From Candidatus Sumerlaeota bacterium (GTDB taxonomy: Bacteria; Sumerlaeota; Sumerlaeia; MWCT01): a DNA stretch of 38,793 bases. The notes beneath the pieces are model-generated. The model was not told the DNA's origin, made no database searches, and was given only the letters and a program-made list of their open reading frames with translations. A program made the position numbers and the translations under genes. Within the stretch, counting starts at the first letter, position 1; each line of letters starts with the position of its first letter. Shown here piece by piece: positions 8,356 through 17,249 of this stretch. The DNA lies in contig JAPLSR010000022.1 in NCBI GenBank assembly GCA_026398545.1, forward strand, positions 1 to 38,793, written 5' to 3'.

Positions 8356-8424
8356 CAAATTCAATGTGCATATGTGGAGGTAGTAAAACATGACGACTAT
8401 CACGATTGCGTTGCCAGATGATCG
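8308..8424 (+). pseudogene. purE 5' remnant (MQNPGIAIIIGSKSDW then unrelated sequence)
   Basis: ATG 8308 lies inside repeat copy A and encodes the PurE N-terminal motif. The frame then diverges and stops at 8422..8424. It overlaps the RHH gene start. Confidence 0.5.
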
Positions 8425-8587
8425 TTTGCAGAAATTGCAGGAGATAGCTGTGCGTCTGCGGGTAGCCCCCGAAGAACTGGTCCGCATTAGCATCGAAGAG
8501 CTACTGACCCGCCCGGAAGAAGACTTTCGTCGCGCATTGGACTATGTGTTGGACAAGAATGCGGAACTCTATCGGCGGTTAGCATAG
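8390..8587 (+). CDS. ribbon-helix-helix (CopG-like) antitoxin-type protein, no adjacent toxin
   Basis: 65 aa: MTTITIALPDDRLQKLQEIAVRLRVAPEELVRISIEELL, an RHH-like beta-alpha-alpha N-terminus. GGAGG lies about 9 nt upstream. Confidence 0.65.
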   Translation: MTTITIALPDDRLQKLQEIAVRLRVAPEELVRISIEELLTRPEEDFRRALDYVLDKNAELYRRLA

Positions 8588-8655
8588 GGATTTGGGGGTC
8601 AGTCTCCCTAACTTATTCAACTTTATTTTTCTTTTGGAGTAATAATTTTAGTCCG

Positions 8656-8772
8656 AAAGAAATATGTTGCGTGAGATTTGCCATACGTTTCATTTTATAA
8701 TTAATTCAAATGTGAGTGAGAACTATGCAAAAGCCCATGATTGCCATAATTATCGGGAGCAAGTCGGATTGG
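8656..8772 (+). repeat. 117-nt direct repeat, copy B (functional purE promoter/5' end)
   Basis: See copy A. This copy continues into the intact PurE reading frame. Confidence 0.9.
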
Positions 8773-9966
8773 ATGTTAGTGGAAAAGGCGCTGGCGGCAG
8801 TTGAGGAACTGGAACTTTCATGCACGGTTAAAATTGCCTCTGCGCACCGCTCGCCAAAAGCCGTGGAGGGCTGGGTTGCCGAGGCGGAACAGGCGGGCGT
8901 GAAGGTCTTTATCGCCATCGCCGGCATGACAGCCGCACTCCCGGGCGTTGTGGCGGCATACACACTCCTGCCCGTCATCGGTGTCCCCGTGGAGAGGGGA
9001 ATACTTCGCGGGCAGGATGCGCTTTATTCCATCGCACAGATGCCTCCGGGGGTGCCGGTCGCCACGGTCGGCATAAACAACGTCCAGAATGCGCTCCTCC
9101 TTGCCGCAGAAATCATCGCCCTGCATGACCCCGAATTGAAAAAACGCCTCGAGGCATTCCGAAAAAACCGGGCGGATAAAATAGATGAGGAACAAGCGGA
9201 ACTCTTAAGACGCTTCCCCCACCTCGCCCTGCATCCCCCGAAGGAGGAGGCGAAAGAACCTATTGAAGAGGAGAAAAAACGGATTGGTTTGCAAAAACCG
9301 CCCGAAGGGGGAGCCCCCAAAAAGAAACTTGTCCACGAGGTCGACCCGGATAATCCATCCCATGAGACTATTGAACGCGCCGCCGATACTATCCTCGACG
9401 GCGGAATAATCGCCATCCCCACAGACACGGTTTATGGTCTCGCCTGCGACTCCACAAATGCGCGCGCCGTGAAGAAACTTTATGAACTTAAAGGGCGCAA
9501 CGATTCAAAGCCGATTGCAGTGCTGATTGACAGCATGCGCACCCTCTCTCAGCTCGTACAGCGCATCCCGAAGGATGTGGAGGAGATGCTGGAAGAGCTC
9601 TGGCCCGGCGCCCTGACGGTGGTTTTTCCCAAACCGGAAGCAATGCTCTCCGCCGTGTCGCCGGGGTCATCCATCGGTGTCAGGATTCCAGACTGCATCG
9701 TTGCCCTGAGCGTTATCAACATGCTGGCGCGACCGCTCGCCGTGACGAGCGCCAATCCCTCCGGTCAGCCGCCTGCCACAAACGCCGCCATGGTTGAGAA
9801 ATATTTCGGTTCAGAGATTGATATGATTTTAGACAACGGTAAGACAGAGGCGGAGACAGTCTCCACCGTTCTCTCCGTTGTTGAGGAGCCTTACACCATT
9901 CTTCGCGAGGGCGCCCTCTCCTTTGAAACCCTCCGCAACTACCTGAAAAACCTGAGCAAGAAGTAA
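8725..9966 (+). CDS. purE: fusion protein: N5-CAIR mutase (PurE) + Lys/Glu/Pro linker + L-threonylcarbamoyladenylate synthase (TsaC/YrdC domain)
   Basis: PurE motifs: IAIIIGSKSDW, SAHRSP, AGMTAALPGVVAA, PVIGVPV. Linker: PPKEEAKEPIEEEKKRIGLQKPPEGGAPKKK. YrdC motifs: IIAIPTDTVYGLACD, KGRNDSKP, TSANPSG. ATG 8725 is preferred to the ORF-track GTG at 8716. Confidence 0.85.
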   Translation: MQKPMIAIIIGSKSDWMLVEKALAAVEELELSCTVKIASAHRSPKAVEGWVAEAEQAGVKVFIAIAGMTAALPGVVAAYTLLPVIGVPVERGILRGQDALYSIAQMPPGVPVATVGINNVQNALLLAAEIIALHDPELKKRLEAFRKNRADKIDEEQAELLRRFPHLALHPPKEEAKEPIEEEKKRIGLQKPPEGGAPKKKLVHEVDPDNPSHETIERAADTILDGGIIAIPTDTVYGLACDSTNARAVKKLYELKGRNDSKPIAVLIDSMRTLSQLVQRIPKDVEEMLEELWPGALTVVFPKPEAMLSAVSPGSSIGVRIPDCIVALSVINMLARPLAVTSANPSGQPPATNAAMVEKYFGSEIDMILDNGKTEAETVSTVLSVVEEPYTILREGALSFETLRNYLKNLSKK

Positions 9967-9997
9967 CCAAACACGGATTCTTAGAACCCCGATGTTT

Positions 9998-12910
9998 CTA
10001 AATTTTCCGGTCAACTGTTGAGCGGAGTTCCACGTCCTGGATAAGGATAGTCTGCCCATCACGGCTTGGGGCATCCTGGGGGATTGAAAGCGTAAGGATA
10101 TGTTTGCCGGGAGCAAGTTTGGGGAGCATTACATCCAATTGGACAAATTCGTTCCAATTTTTCCCACCTGCGAAGATTGCCTCCAGGGATTCCTGCTCAT
10201 CCACCTTGATAAGAAGCGGTACCTTCTTGAGCGGACTCGCGAGGAGCAGCACACAGGTAAAAGTGCCCTCCATTCGGGTATTGCATTCCCACGACATCGA
10301 CTCGCCCGGTCGTATGGCATAGTAGAACTGCGTCTGTGCATACTCATAATGGACGCCCAGCCGATTCTGATCGATTCCGCGGGCATCGGACACTGGCAGA
10401 ACAACCAATTCACCCGGTTGCAGACGTTTGCGCCAGACAGTTTCGTAGCGAGCGCCCATTTCATTGAGAGGTTGGCGCGGGTTGGCGGCAAGCTCGGCGG
10501 CGAACCCGTCTATTGTTGCCTTGAGTTCCGCCGCTGACATTTGCACAGAGGGCATGAAGTCGGGACCCGTCGTATAGTGGAGGAGTTCGTCGAACATGTA
10601 GCGGGTTGCGACAGCCCAAGGGAAGCTCTGGGTGAGATTGAGCGTCGAAATGAAGAGCCCGCCCTTTCCCACCCGGAGTTCGACCATGTAACCCTTACTG
10701 CGACCTGTATGGAAGTTGTCGATGGTGCGAATGATTGGTTCTGTTCCGGGCGGGAAATCAGCAAGCCGAAGTGACTTTGCACGATAAATCATCGGCCAGA
10801 ACTGGAGGTCGCAAAAGCCCTCGTGCGGGAAGCGAGATAACGCCGGATGTCGGTAGATAATCGTGCCGCTGTTGCCTTCGCGCCTGGGATTGTTGCTGCA
10901 GATGGTGAGCCAGTTGGTCAGCTTCTCATCCAGTTCGGGAAACACCGGCGGGGATTGGCGCCCGGGAAGAATGCGGGTAATGTGGAGACCGAAGATGCCT
11001 GCCTCCTCAGGCCATGGCCAGGTTTTGTCAGAGATAATCCAGAGACGACCACCCTTCTCAAGAAAGTCGTAGAATGCCCCCTGCCAGGAATCGGAGATAA
11101 CCAGACCGCCGGTCTTCACCGCTGGCGTCCAATCTGTTTTCGTTATGCGGTTCAATCTCTTATAGGTGTCCATATAAACAGAGAGCCGATCGCGGGTGTC
11201 CCAGAGTGTGACGGAACGTTGTATCTCCGGGCTGGCGATCTTAGAAGGGAACGCCCAGAAGTACCACTCGTTGTTGATTAGGGACTTCGTGTCAGGCAGG
11301 ACGGCTCGCAGGGTGAGTTTAGCCGCCGATGGGAGTTCGGGAATGACGACGGAGATTGTCCCGATTCTCGCCACATCCACCGGCTGAACCCGGACATCCT
11401 TGAACTCGCCGTGGGAGATGACCTGCGGACCATCCATCAACCACCAGCGGCACAAGGGGGTACTGAAAGGCTCCTCTCCATGGTGCGAAATCTCGATATC
11501 GACAGTCAACGTATCGCCGTAGTGAAAGCTTCGCTGATTCCACGTACAGAGCAAGACGGTTTCCCCGTTAGTCCGGAGAAACTCTTCGCATGTCACATTT
11601 TTCGGGTCGGCGAAATCGTCCACGACACCTGAGACATAATTGCCACAGTCGACGAAGCGCAACATGCTATAACCGTCGAGTTCGGGGAATTTTCGCGCCT
11701 CTTCGAGCATTTCCTTCCGACAGAGTGCCTGGATGCGCTCTGTGTTTCTCACACAAAGCGGAAGGAGATGCTCCAGGCCATTCTTGCGGGCATTCTCCAC
11801 CGCCACCTGAATCCAGTCGGGCGTTTTGGCATATTTGCCCGCGAGCTCCGGGTTCGGATACGAGGCAATGAGAGGATACTCATGTGCGATGATCGGGAAC
11901 CGGTCGCTTCTTCCCTTTCTATTGCCTCGAAGATAGAGCATGAAATCCTCACGAGCGAACTCTGCTACGTGCTCATACTCCCCGATGGGTCGCTCGATGA
12001 GGTCGTATTTCCCGAAATCATCGTTGAACGGATTGCTTCCTGAGCGGTTGAGCACGAAGGTTTCCGGGTCCATTTCCTTGGCTGTGTCGTAGAGGGTATC
12101 GAGGCATTTCACGAGTCCCGGGTCGTTGAGATAGATCTCGTTGCCCATGCTATAAATGAAGGCGGATGGATGACGCCGCGCCATTCTTATCATAGTGCGC
12201 CATTCCTCCCTTGCCTTTTGAAACCTTTCCGATTTGGGGTCATTTCCGATAGCTGTTCCCCCGATCTCCATTTGAATGAACAAACCAACCTCATCCGCGA
12301 TGTCCATGTAGGTATCGCTTGGGACGTGCGTGTGATGTCGAATCGCATTGAACCCGAAACGGCGTGTCTGAAGGAGCCTTTTGCGGATTTCCTCGTGCGA
12401 CAGGTCGTCGCAACCGCATCCGCCCTCACCGCCGCACGCTCGGACATAGAAAGGTTTCCCGTTGACAAAGAACCGCGCATTACGGGTTTCAAGTTTCCGT
12501 ATGCCGAAGCGCTGGTAAATCGATGCAATGCAGGCACCGTCCCCATCCGTGAAGGTCATGCGGAGATGATAGAGATTCGGATTCTTGGGACTCCACGGAA
12601 CAGCGGAATCGACCGCTGACTCGATCGAGGTGTAGTTCCCCTTCGGTGGCAGGGTGAAGGGAAACGTCCCGGCATTCTGAACCGTGCCGTCCGGATGTTC
12701 GATCTCAATACTGACACTTGTGTTCCGAAGCGCCTCTGCCTTTGTGTCGTTGAGCCAGACACGGATCTGGATGCGCCCCATTTCGGCATCTGAGAGGACA
12801 AAGACATCCTGAATTGGTTCCTCCCACTGATGAAGGGCATAAATTGTCTTGGGGAGCAGGGCGAATATGAAGACTATTCCAAGTAACCATTTGCGACCCA
12901 CAATGCTCAT
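9998..12910 (-). CDS. secreted glycoside hydrolase, GH2-like (sugar-binding + TIM barrel) with long C-terminal extension
   Basis: Signal-peptide-like MSIVGRKWLLGIVFIFALLPKTIYA. GH2 barrel pattern FFVNGKPFYVR...GFNAIRHHTHVP...IADEVGLFIQMEI...RRHPSAFIYSMGNEI. Confidence 0.75.
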   Translation of the reverse strand: MSIVGRKWLLGIVFIFALLPKTIYALHQWEEPIQDVFVLSDAEMGRIQIRVWLNDTKAEALRNTSVSIEIEHPDGTVQNAGTFPFTLPPKGNYTSIESAVDSAVPWSPKNPNLYHLRMTFTDGDGACIASIYQRFGIRKLETRNARFFVNGKPFYVRACGGEGGCGCDDLSHEEIRKRLLQTRRFGFNAIRHHTHVPSDTYMDIADEVGLFIQMEIGGTAIGNDPKSERFQKAREEWRTMIRMARRHPSAFIYSMGNEIYLNDPGLVKCLDTLYDTAKEMDPETFVLNRSGSNPFNDDFGKYDLIERPIGEYEHVAEFAREDFMLYLRGNRKGRSDRFPIIAHEYPLIASYPNPELAGKYAKTPDWIQVAVENARKNGLEHLLPLCVRNTERIQALCRKEMLEEARKFPELDGYSMLRFVDCGNYVSGVVDDFADPKNVTCEEFLRTNGETVLLCTWNQRSFHYGDTLTVDIEISHHGEEPFSTPLCRWWLMDGPQVISHGEFKDVRVQPVDVARIGTISVVIPELPSAAKLTLRAVLPDTKSLINNEWYFWAFPSKIASPEIQRSVTLWDTRDRLSVYMDTYKRLNRITKTDWTPAVKTGGLVISDSWQGAFYDFLEKGGRLWIISDKTWPWPEEAGIFGLHITRILPGRQSPPVFPELDEKLTNWLTICSNNPRREGNSGTIIYRHPALSRFPHEGFCDLQFWPMIYRAKSLRLADFPPGTEPIIRTIDNFHTGRSKGYMVELRVGKGGLFISTLNLTQSFPWAVATRYMFDELLHYTTGPDFMPSVQMSAAELKATIDGFAAELAANPRQPLNEMGARYETVWRKRLQPGELVVLPVSDARGIDQNRLGVHYEYAQTQFYYAIRPGESMSWECNTRMEGTFTCVLLLASPLKKVPLLIKVDEQESLEAIFAGGKNWNEFVQLDVMLPKLAPGKHILTLSIPQDAPSRDGQTILIQDVELRSTVDRKI

Positions 12911-12943
12911 ATCTCGACCTCCACAATCTCTGCATGAAATTAT

Positions 12944-14023
12944 CTAAGGATGTTGGTTTTTATTCTCGTTTGCGGGGAGACGTCCTTTTACGACGCTGAC
13001 GAGTTTGCCGCATCCCTGCAGTAGCGGGTCGCAACCGGGGATGCCATATCGTCTTTCATATTCATCAGCGGTTTTTTCCACCTCCGCGGGGGTCATCTTT
13101 TCATGATTCAGGGCGATGGCAATTATGGGGGCGGGTGTAAGCTCTCGCAGGATTGCCATTTCCCGCTCAATGCCCGCCAGCCTCAAACCCGGAAAGCCAT
13201 CATAATATTCCCGCATCGGGGAGTGCTGAAGGATTATTGCATCGGGGCGACAGGCGGCAAGTATCTCAAATCCACCCGGATAGGCAGGATGGGTGAGACA
13301 ACCCTGTCCCTCAATGAGAATCGCCTCAGGGTGCAGGTCGTTCCATGCCTGCCAGACTATATGCTCCAGCTCCCCCGTCACAAAATCATTCACGATGGAA
13401 TCCATCACGATGCAATGCGGGACGCCCTGCATCCATGCGGTCTGACCTGTTCCCACGATGGCGCTTTTCACCCCTGCCTCAAGGAGCGCCCTGTTCAGGA
13501 GGATGGCGGTGGTGCGCTTGCCTATGGCGGAATCCGTGCCAAGGAGCGCCACCTTGAGCGCCCTGACATCCATAATCTTCCCGGTCCAGAAGTGGAGATG
13601 CTCACGCGAGGGCGGTCTGCGGACATCCCTGATTGTTGCGCCTCCAACCTGCGCGGCGCTCTTAAATTCCGGGTCATCGCCGAGGAAGTTGTGAAGACCA
13701 CTATCCACATTGATGCCGAGTCGCAAGGCATGCGCCACCGCCGGTCTGGCGGCATCCGGCAGACGCCCCCCATCCGGCGCAATCCCGATTACGAAATAGC
13801 GCGGTTTTTCGGGAAGGGCGGCGATGGCATCCTCGAGGGAGGCGAAAATCGGCACACCGCAGGGGTGTCCGTCAAGCGCCTCACCTGCATCCTTTCCGGC
13901 ACACAACGAATCAATTACTCCGCGCACGAGGTAGCGTTCTGTGAAGCGCACCAGCCCGTTAGCCGTCTTGCCTGTCGGTGTTGAGAATGCCCCCTCGCAG
14001 AAAATAAGCGCCGTTCCGTCCAT
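12944..14023 (-). CDS. DUF1611-family protein (DgcN-like)
   Basis: 359 aa. Has LLGTDSAIGKRTT (P-loop-like) and the overall pattern remembered for DUF1611. The family assignment is from memory. Confidence 0.6.
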   Translation of the reverse strand: MDGTALIFCEGAFSTPTGKTANGLVRFTERYLVRGVIDSLCAGKDAGEALDGHPCGVPIFASLEDAIAALPEKPRYFVIGIAPDGGRLPDAARPAVAHALRLGINVDSGLHNFLGDDPEFKSAAQVGGATIRDVRRPPSREHLHFWTGKIMDVRALKVALLGTDSAIGKRTTAILLNRALLEAGVKSAIVGTGQTAWMQGVPHCIVMDSIVNDFVTGELEHIVWQAWNDLHPEAILIEGQGCLTHPAYPGGFEILAACRPDAIILQHSPMREYYDGFPGLRLAGIEREMAILRELTPAPIIAIALNHEKMTPAEVEKTADEYERRYGIPGCDPLLQGCGKLVSVVKGRLPANENKNQHP

Positions 14024-14068
14024 GAATAAGACCTTTTACCGGTATCTCCTAATCATGCATTAAGATTG

Positions 14069-14959
14069 CTATTCCACATTCTGCAACTGCTCCCGGATTT
14101 TTTCGAGGGTGTTTTTCATGGCAAGGACGCAATTTGCGAGGTCGGTATCATGGGATTTGCTCCCCAGGGTATTGACCTCCCGCAGGAGTTCCTGAGAGAG
14201 GAATTCGAGGGGACGACCGGCAGGCTCCTCTGAATCCGTGGTAAGGAGCTGGCGGAATGTGGCGGTATGGGATTGCAGACGTGCGAGTTCCTCAGAGATA
14301 TCCGACCTGTCGGCAAAGAGCAGGACTTCCGCCTCAAGGCGTGCGGGCTCAATAGGAACGGGCGTTGTCTGATTGAACTCCTCAATTTTTTTCAGGAGGC
14401 GCTGGCGGAATTTCTCAAGCACCTCGCCCTTCCGCCCCTCAATTTCCCGCCTCTCTCCATCCAATTCATCGATGAGTTTCATGAGCACATCCGAGAGACG
14501 CCGCCCCTCCTTTTCCCTGGAGCGCTGGAGGTCGGCAAGCGCCTTCTTCACCCCCTTTTTCACCTCATTCAAAAGTTTTTCCTCATCGATAGCGGCTGGG
14601 GTTTCCACATAAAGTCCGGATATTTTCAGGAGGTCGCCGAGCCTCAGGTTTTCCCTGATGCGGAGGTGTTTTCTTACCGACTGAAGATTGTGATATAATT
14701 TTTCCAGGATGGGGAGATTAATCGTGAGAGAGGGGAGCGTTCCTTCCTTTTGCGCCCAGCGGATGGCGAGGTCCACCCGCCCGCGCCTGACCTTTCCAGC
14801 AATAAACTCCCTGAGGGATGTTTCCATTTTTGCAAGTCCCTGCGGAAGGCGGAAGGAATAATCCAGAAAGCGGTTATTCACCGTCCGGACTTCCACAGAG
14901 AAAATCCCCAAATCCCCCTCAAGCAGGGCGGCACCAAAACCTGTCATGCTATAAAGCAT
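14069..14959 (-). CDS. yicC: YicC/YloC-family stress-induced endoribonuclease-like protein
   Basis: N-terminus MLYSMTGFG and C-terminal EFLSQELLREVNTLGSKS...IREQLQNVE. ATG 14959 is preferred to the GTG at 14968. Confidence 0.8.
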   Translation of the reverse strand: MLYSMTGFGAALLEGDLGIFSVEVRTVNNRFLDYSFRLPQGLAKMETSLREFIAGKVRRGRVDLAIRWAQKEGTLPSLTINLPILEKLYHNLQSVRKHLRIRENLRLGDLLKISGLYVETPAAIDEEKLLNEVKKGVKKALADLQRSREKEGRRLSDVLMKLIDELDGERREIEGRKGEVLEKFRQRLLKKIEEFNQTTPVPIEPARLEAEVLLFADRSDISEELARLQSHTATFRQLLTTDSEEPAGRPLEFLSQELLREVNTLGSKSHDTDLANCVLAMKNTLEKIREQLQNVE

Positions 14960-15070
14960 TTTCGTCACCGGTTAGAAGTTTTTTATTGAACATCTTATGT
15001 GTTCTAAGATACAAAATCATTTGTAATGTAACAGGAAGGTGTATTGCAAGAAGAAGTAGAGAAGTCTAAA

Positions 15071-16258
15071 ATGGAAAAACGCCCATTAGACAGGGATAAA
15101 GGTTTATTCAAAAAAAAAGAAGAGAAGAAACCACTCTCGCGTAACCCCAACCGGAGTCCACTCAGCGAGGTAAGTTCCGTGGAGCTCGATAATATCTTTT
15201 TCCCCGAGGAGAAAAAGGGGCAACCTCCCGCCGGTTCCACTCCACGCATACCGCGGATAAGTCTCGAGGACGCCACGCCCATTCCACTTGAAAAAGAACC
15301 GCCTCAGAAAACGCATATCCCCTCGCCGGGGCAATGGCAAAAGACGCAGGAGGTTTCTTTCAGACCGCCCAAGGCACCTCAACCTCAGATGCCGCCAAAG
15401 GAGGGAGCCCGCCGTGTTGCGCCAAAGTCACAACCCTCCGCTTCCGCCCCCTCGCCGGCAGAGATAACCAGTTTTTTTGTCCCTGCTGACCGTATTGATG
15501 CAAGGGGAAATATCATCCCGGTTGAGCCTCCTCCCGAGGAGACCGACAACGGGATAGGGCACGGGATGCGCAAAAAACCTGGACCTCTTTACACGGTCAT
15601 GCTGGCATTCGGGCGGCGCATCCATTTTACCAAAACGATTAATCTATTTTCCGAATTTCTGGGAATCACGAAGGAGGAGGCGGAGCGTCGCATCCGTTTC
15701 GGCAAAGGCATCCTTTTTGAAAACGTGGACGCCGCCACGGCAAGGGATTTGCAGGCACAATTCACAAATATCTCCCAGGGCGTGCGCATCGTAAGGGAAA
15801 ATGCCCTTGCCCGGATTCCCGAACCGCAGGAGGTGCTGGTCTGGCTTTTTTCTCGCAGGCATTTTCAGGTAACGACAAACCATGAAAAATTGGTTCTCCC
15901 GTGGGATAATATCCAGTTGGCTGTGGCGGGTGGCGTCCGACTCCATGAGACAGGGCACTCCCACAAAAAAGTCCTGGATCTGATACTTTCCGAACCTCAC
16001 ATACGCCTGCGGGTGTGGGATGCGACATTTAATTACAGGGCGTCCGGTGTTCCGTTTGATTCCCTTGGTGAGGTGAATTTTCTCAACCTGATAAAGGTTC
16101 TTGTGCGTTTTATTAAGAAGGCGCATTTCAGCCCCACGCTGAAAGAGATGATTGACATGAATCTTGCCGACCCGCGATACTTTGAAAGTTTGGATGAGTT
16201 TGAGAATTACACCCGTTGGCTTTATCTTACATTTTATGGCGAACCGCTGAGGTTATGA
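15071..16258 (+). CDS. hypothetical protein: Lys/Pro-rich disordered N-half, unassigned ~220-aa C-terminal domain
   Basis: Long ORF. ATG 15071 lies inside the ORF-track TTG-started ORF (15044). No motif recognised. Confidence 0.55.
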   Translation: MEKRPLDRDKGLFKKKEEKKPLSRNPNRSPLSEVSSVELDNIFFPEEKKGQPPAGSTPRIPRISLEDATPIPLEKEPPQKTHIPSPGQWQKTQEVSFRPPKAPQPQMPPKEGARRVAPKSQPSASAPSPAEITSFFVPADRIDARGNIIPVEPPPEETDNGIGHGMRKKPGPLYTVMLAFGRRIHFTKTINLFSEFLGITKEEAERRIRFGKGILFENVDAATARDLQAQFTNISQGVRIVRENALARIPEPQEVLVWLFSRRHFQVTTNHEKLVLPWDNIQLAVAGGVRLHETGHSHKKVLDLILSEPHIRLRVWDATFNYRASGVPFDSLGEVNFLNLIKVLVRFIKKAHFSPTLKEMIDMNLADPRYFESLDEFENYTRWLYLTFYGEPLRL

Positions 16259-16300
16259 GAGAAGGACAAATTTTAATATTCAATTATAAAGGATTTTGAA

Positions 16301-17249
16301 ATGGCATCCTTATATGTTTTTTCCATTATTGGTTTCCTGGTGGGATGGTTATTCACCCTTAATGCTTTCATTATTGGTTTCCCGGCGGGATGGTTATTCA
16401 CCCTTATTTCCATCCAGATTGCCTGGCGGTTCAGGGTTCATGACCGCCCGGGGGCGCGCAGTTCCCACATTGTCCCCACCCCTCGGTCTTCTGGATGACC
16501 TGCAAGGCATGAATGCCGTTTTTAAACTGGTTCTGCAGGGAGTTGGCGCCGCCTTTCCAGTTTTGCTGGGAATGAGGATTCGCTCCCTTGTCCATTTTGC
16601 CGGCATTGTGCCATCACCCATTCTGGGGAGTGTTCTTGCCTTCGTTTGGATTCTACTCGTCATAAATGCTTACAATTTCATGGACGGGATGGATGGGAAG
16701 GCGGGAAGCTTTGCGATGGTGGTTTCGCTTTTTCTTGTTATTATCATGAAGGGACAGCCCGGGGACCCTGTGAAAATCCTGTTACTCCTCCTTGCAGGCG
16801 CATCAGGCGGATTTCTGATATACAATCTCACCCCATCGGTAACATTCATGGGGGATTGCGGAAGCCAGTTCGTCGGGTTCATCCTTGCAGTCATTACTCT
16901 GCACCTGCATTCGGAAGACCCCGTCCGCTTTCCCTTCGGGATATTTGTCATTCTCCTTCTGCCCTTCCTGTATGATGTTCTTTACACCATAGGGCGGCGG
17001 GTGTTGCGCGGGGAGAACATACTCAAGGCGCACAGGTCGCACCTTTATCAGAGATTACTCATTGCGGGGTGGAGTCATCCGGCGGTTTTGCGTCTGACAT
17101 TTATGACATATCTCTTGTGCGGGCTATGCGCCCTTGGATTTGCAAGGACACGCCTGACAGGCGAACGCATTGCATACGGCATGGTTGCCCTTTTGATAAT
17201 GATTGTTTACTCTATTTTTGTGCGTCTGGTTGAAAAAAGAAAAGTATAA
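16301..17249 (+). pseudogene. WecA/MraY-type polyprenyl-phosphate sugar-1-P transferase (glycosyltransferase family 4), disrupted by frameshift/deletion near 16480..16500
   Basis: The frame starting at ATG 16301 gives ...IAWRFRVHDRPGARSSHIVPTPRSSG-TGA. A second frame continues LGLLDDLQG...VINAYNFMDGMDG...FMGDCGSQFVG... to 17249. About 40 residues normally found between PR.GG and the DD motif are missing. Confidence 0.7.
16324..16413 (+). repeat. in-frame tandem duplication, period 45 nt (38-nt core, 2 mismatches)
   Basis: cattattggtttcctggtgggatggttattcaccctta (16324..16361) versus cattattggtttcccggcgggatggttattcaccctta (16369..16406). Confidence 0.9.

Noticed and set aside
8193-8393. 66-aa ORF (MVSVQRASQKVTCISKRNMLREICH...)
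   Set aside because: It runs out of frame across the RNase HI remnant and repeat copy A (the purE promoter sequence). It has no RBS or motif and is an artefact of gene debris.
9981-10005. ttagaa...ttctaa hairpin followed by attttt as a bidirectional terminator between the PurE-TsaC and GH2 genes
   Set aside because: It has only a 6-bp AT-rich stem with a bulge and overlaps the GH2 stop codon. This is too weak to annotate.
16296-16500. ORF-track N-terminus MKWHPYMFFPLLVSWWDGYSPL... as the genuine start of the WecA-type protein
   Set aside because: The alternative frame from ATG 16301 gives hydrophobic TM-like sequence and the family motif DRPGARSSHIVPTPR. The 16296 frame is Trp/Pro-rich nonsense until it reaches LLDD.
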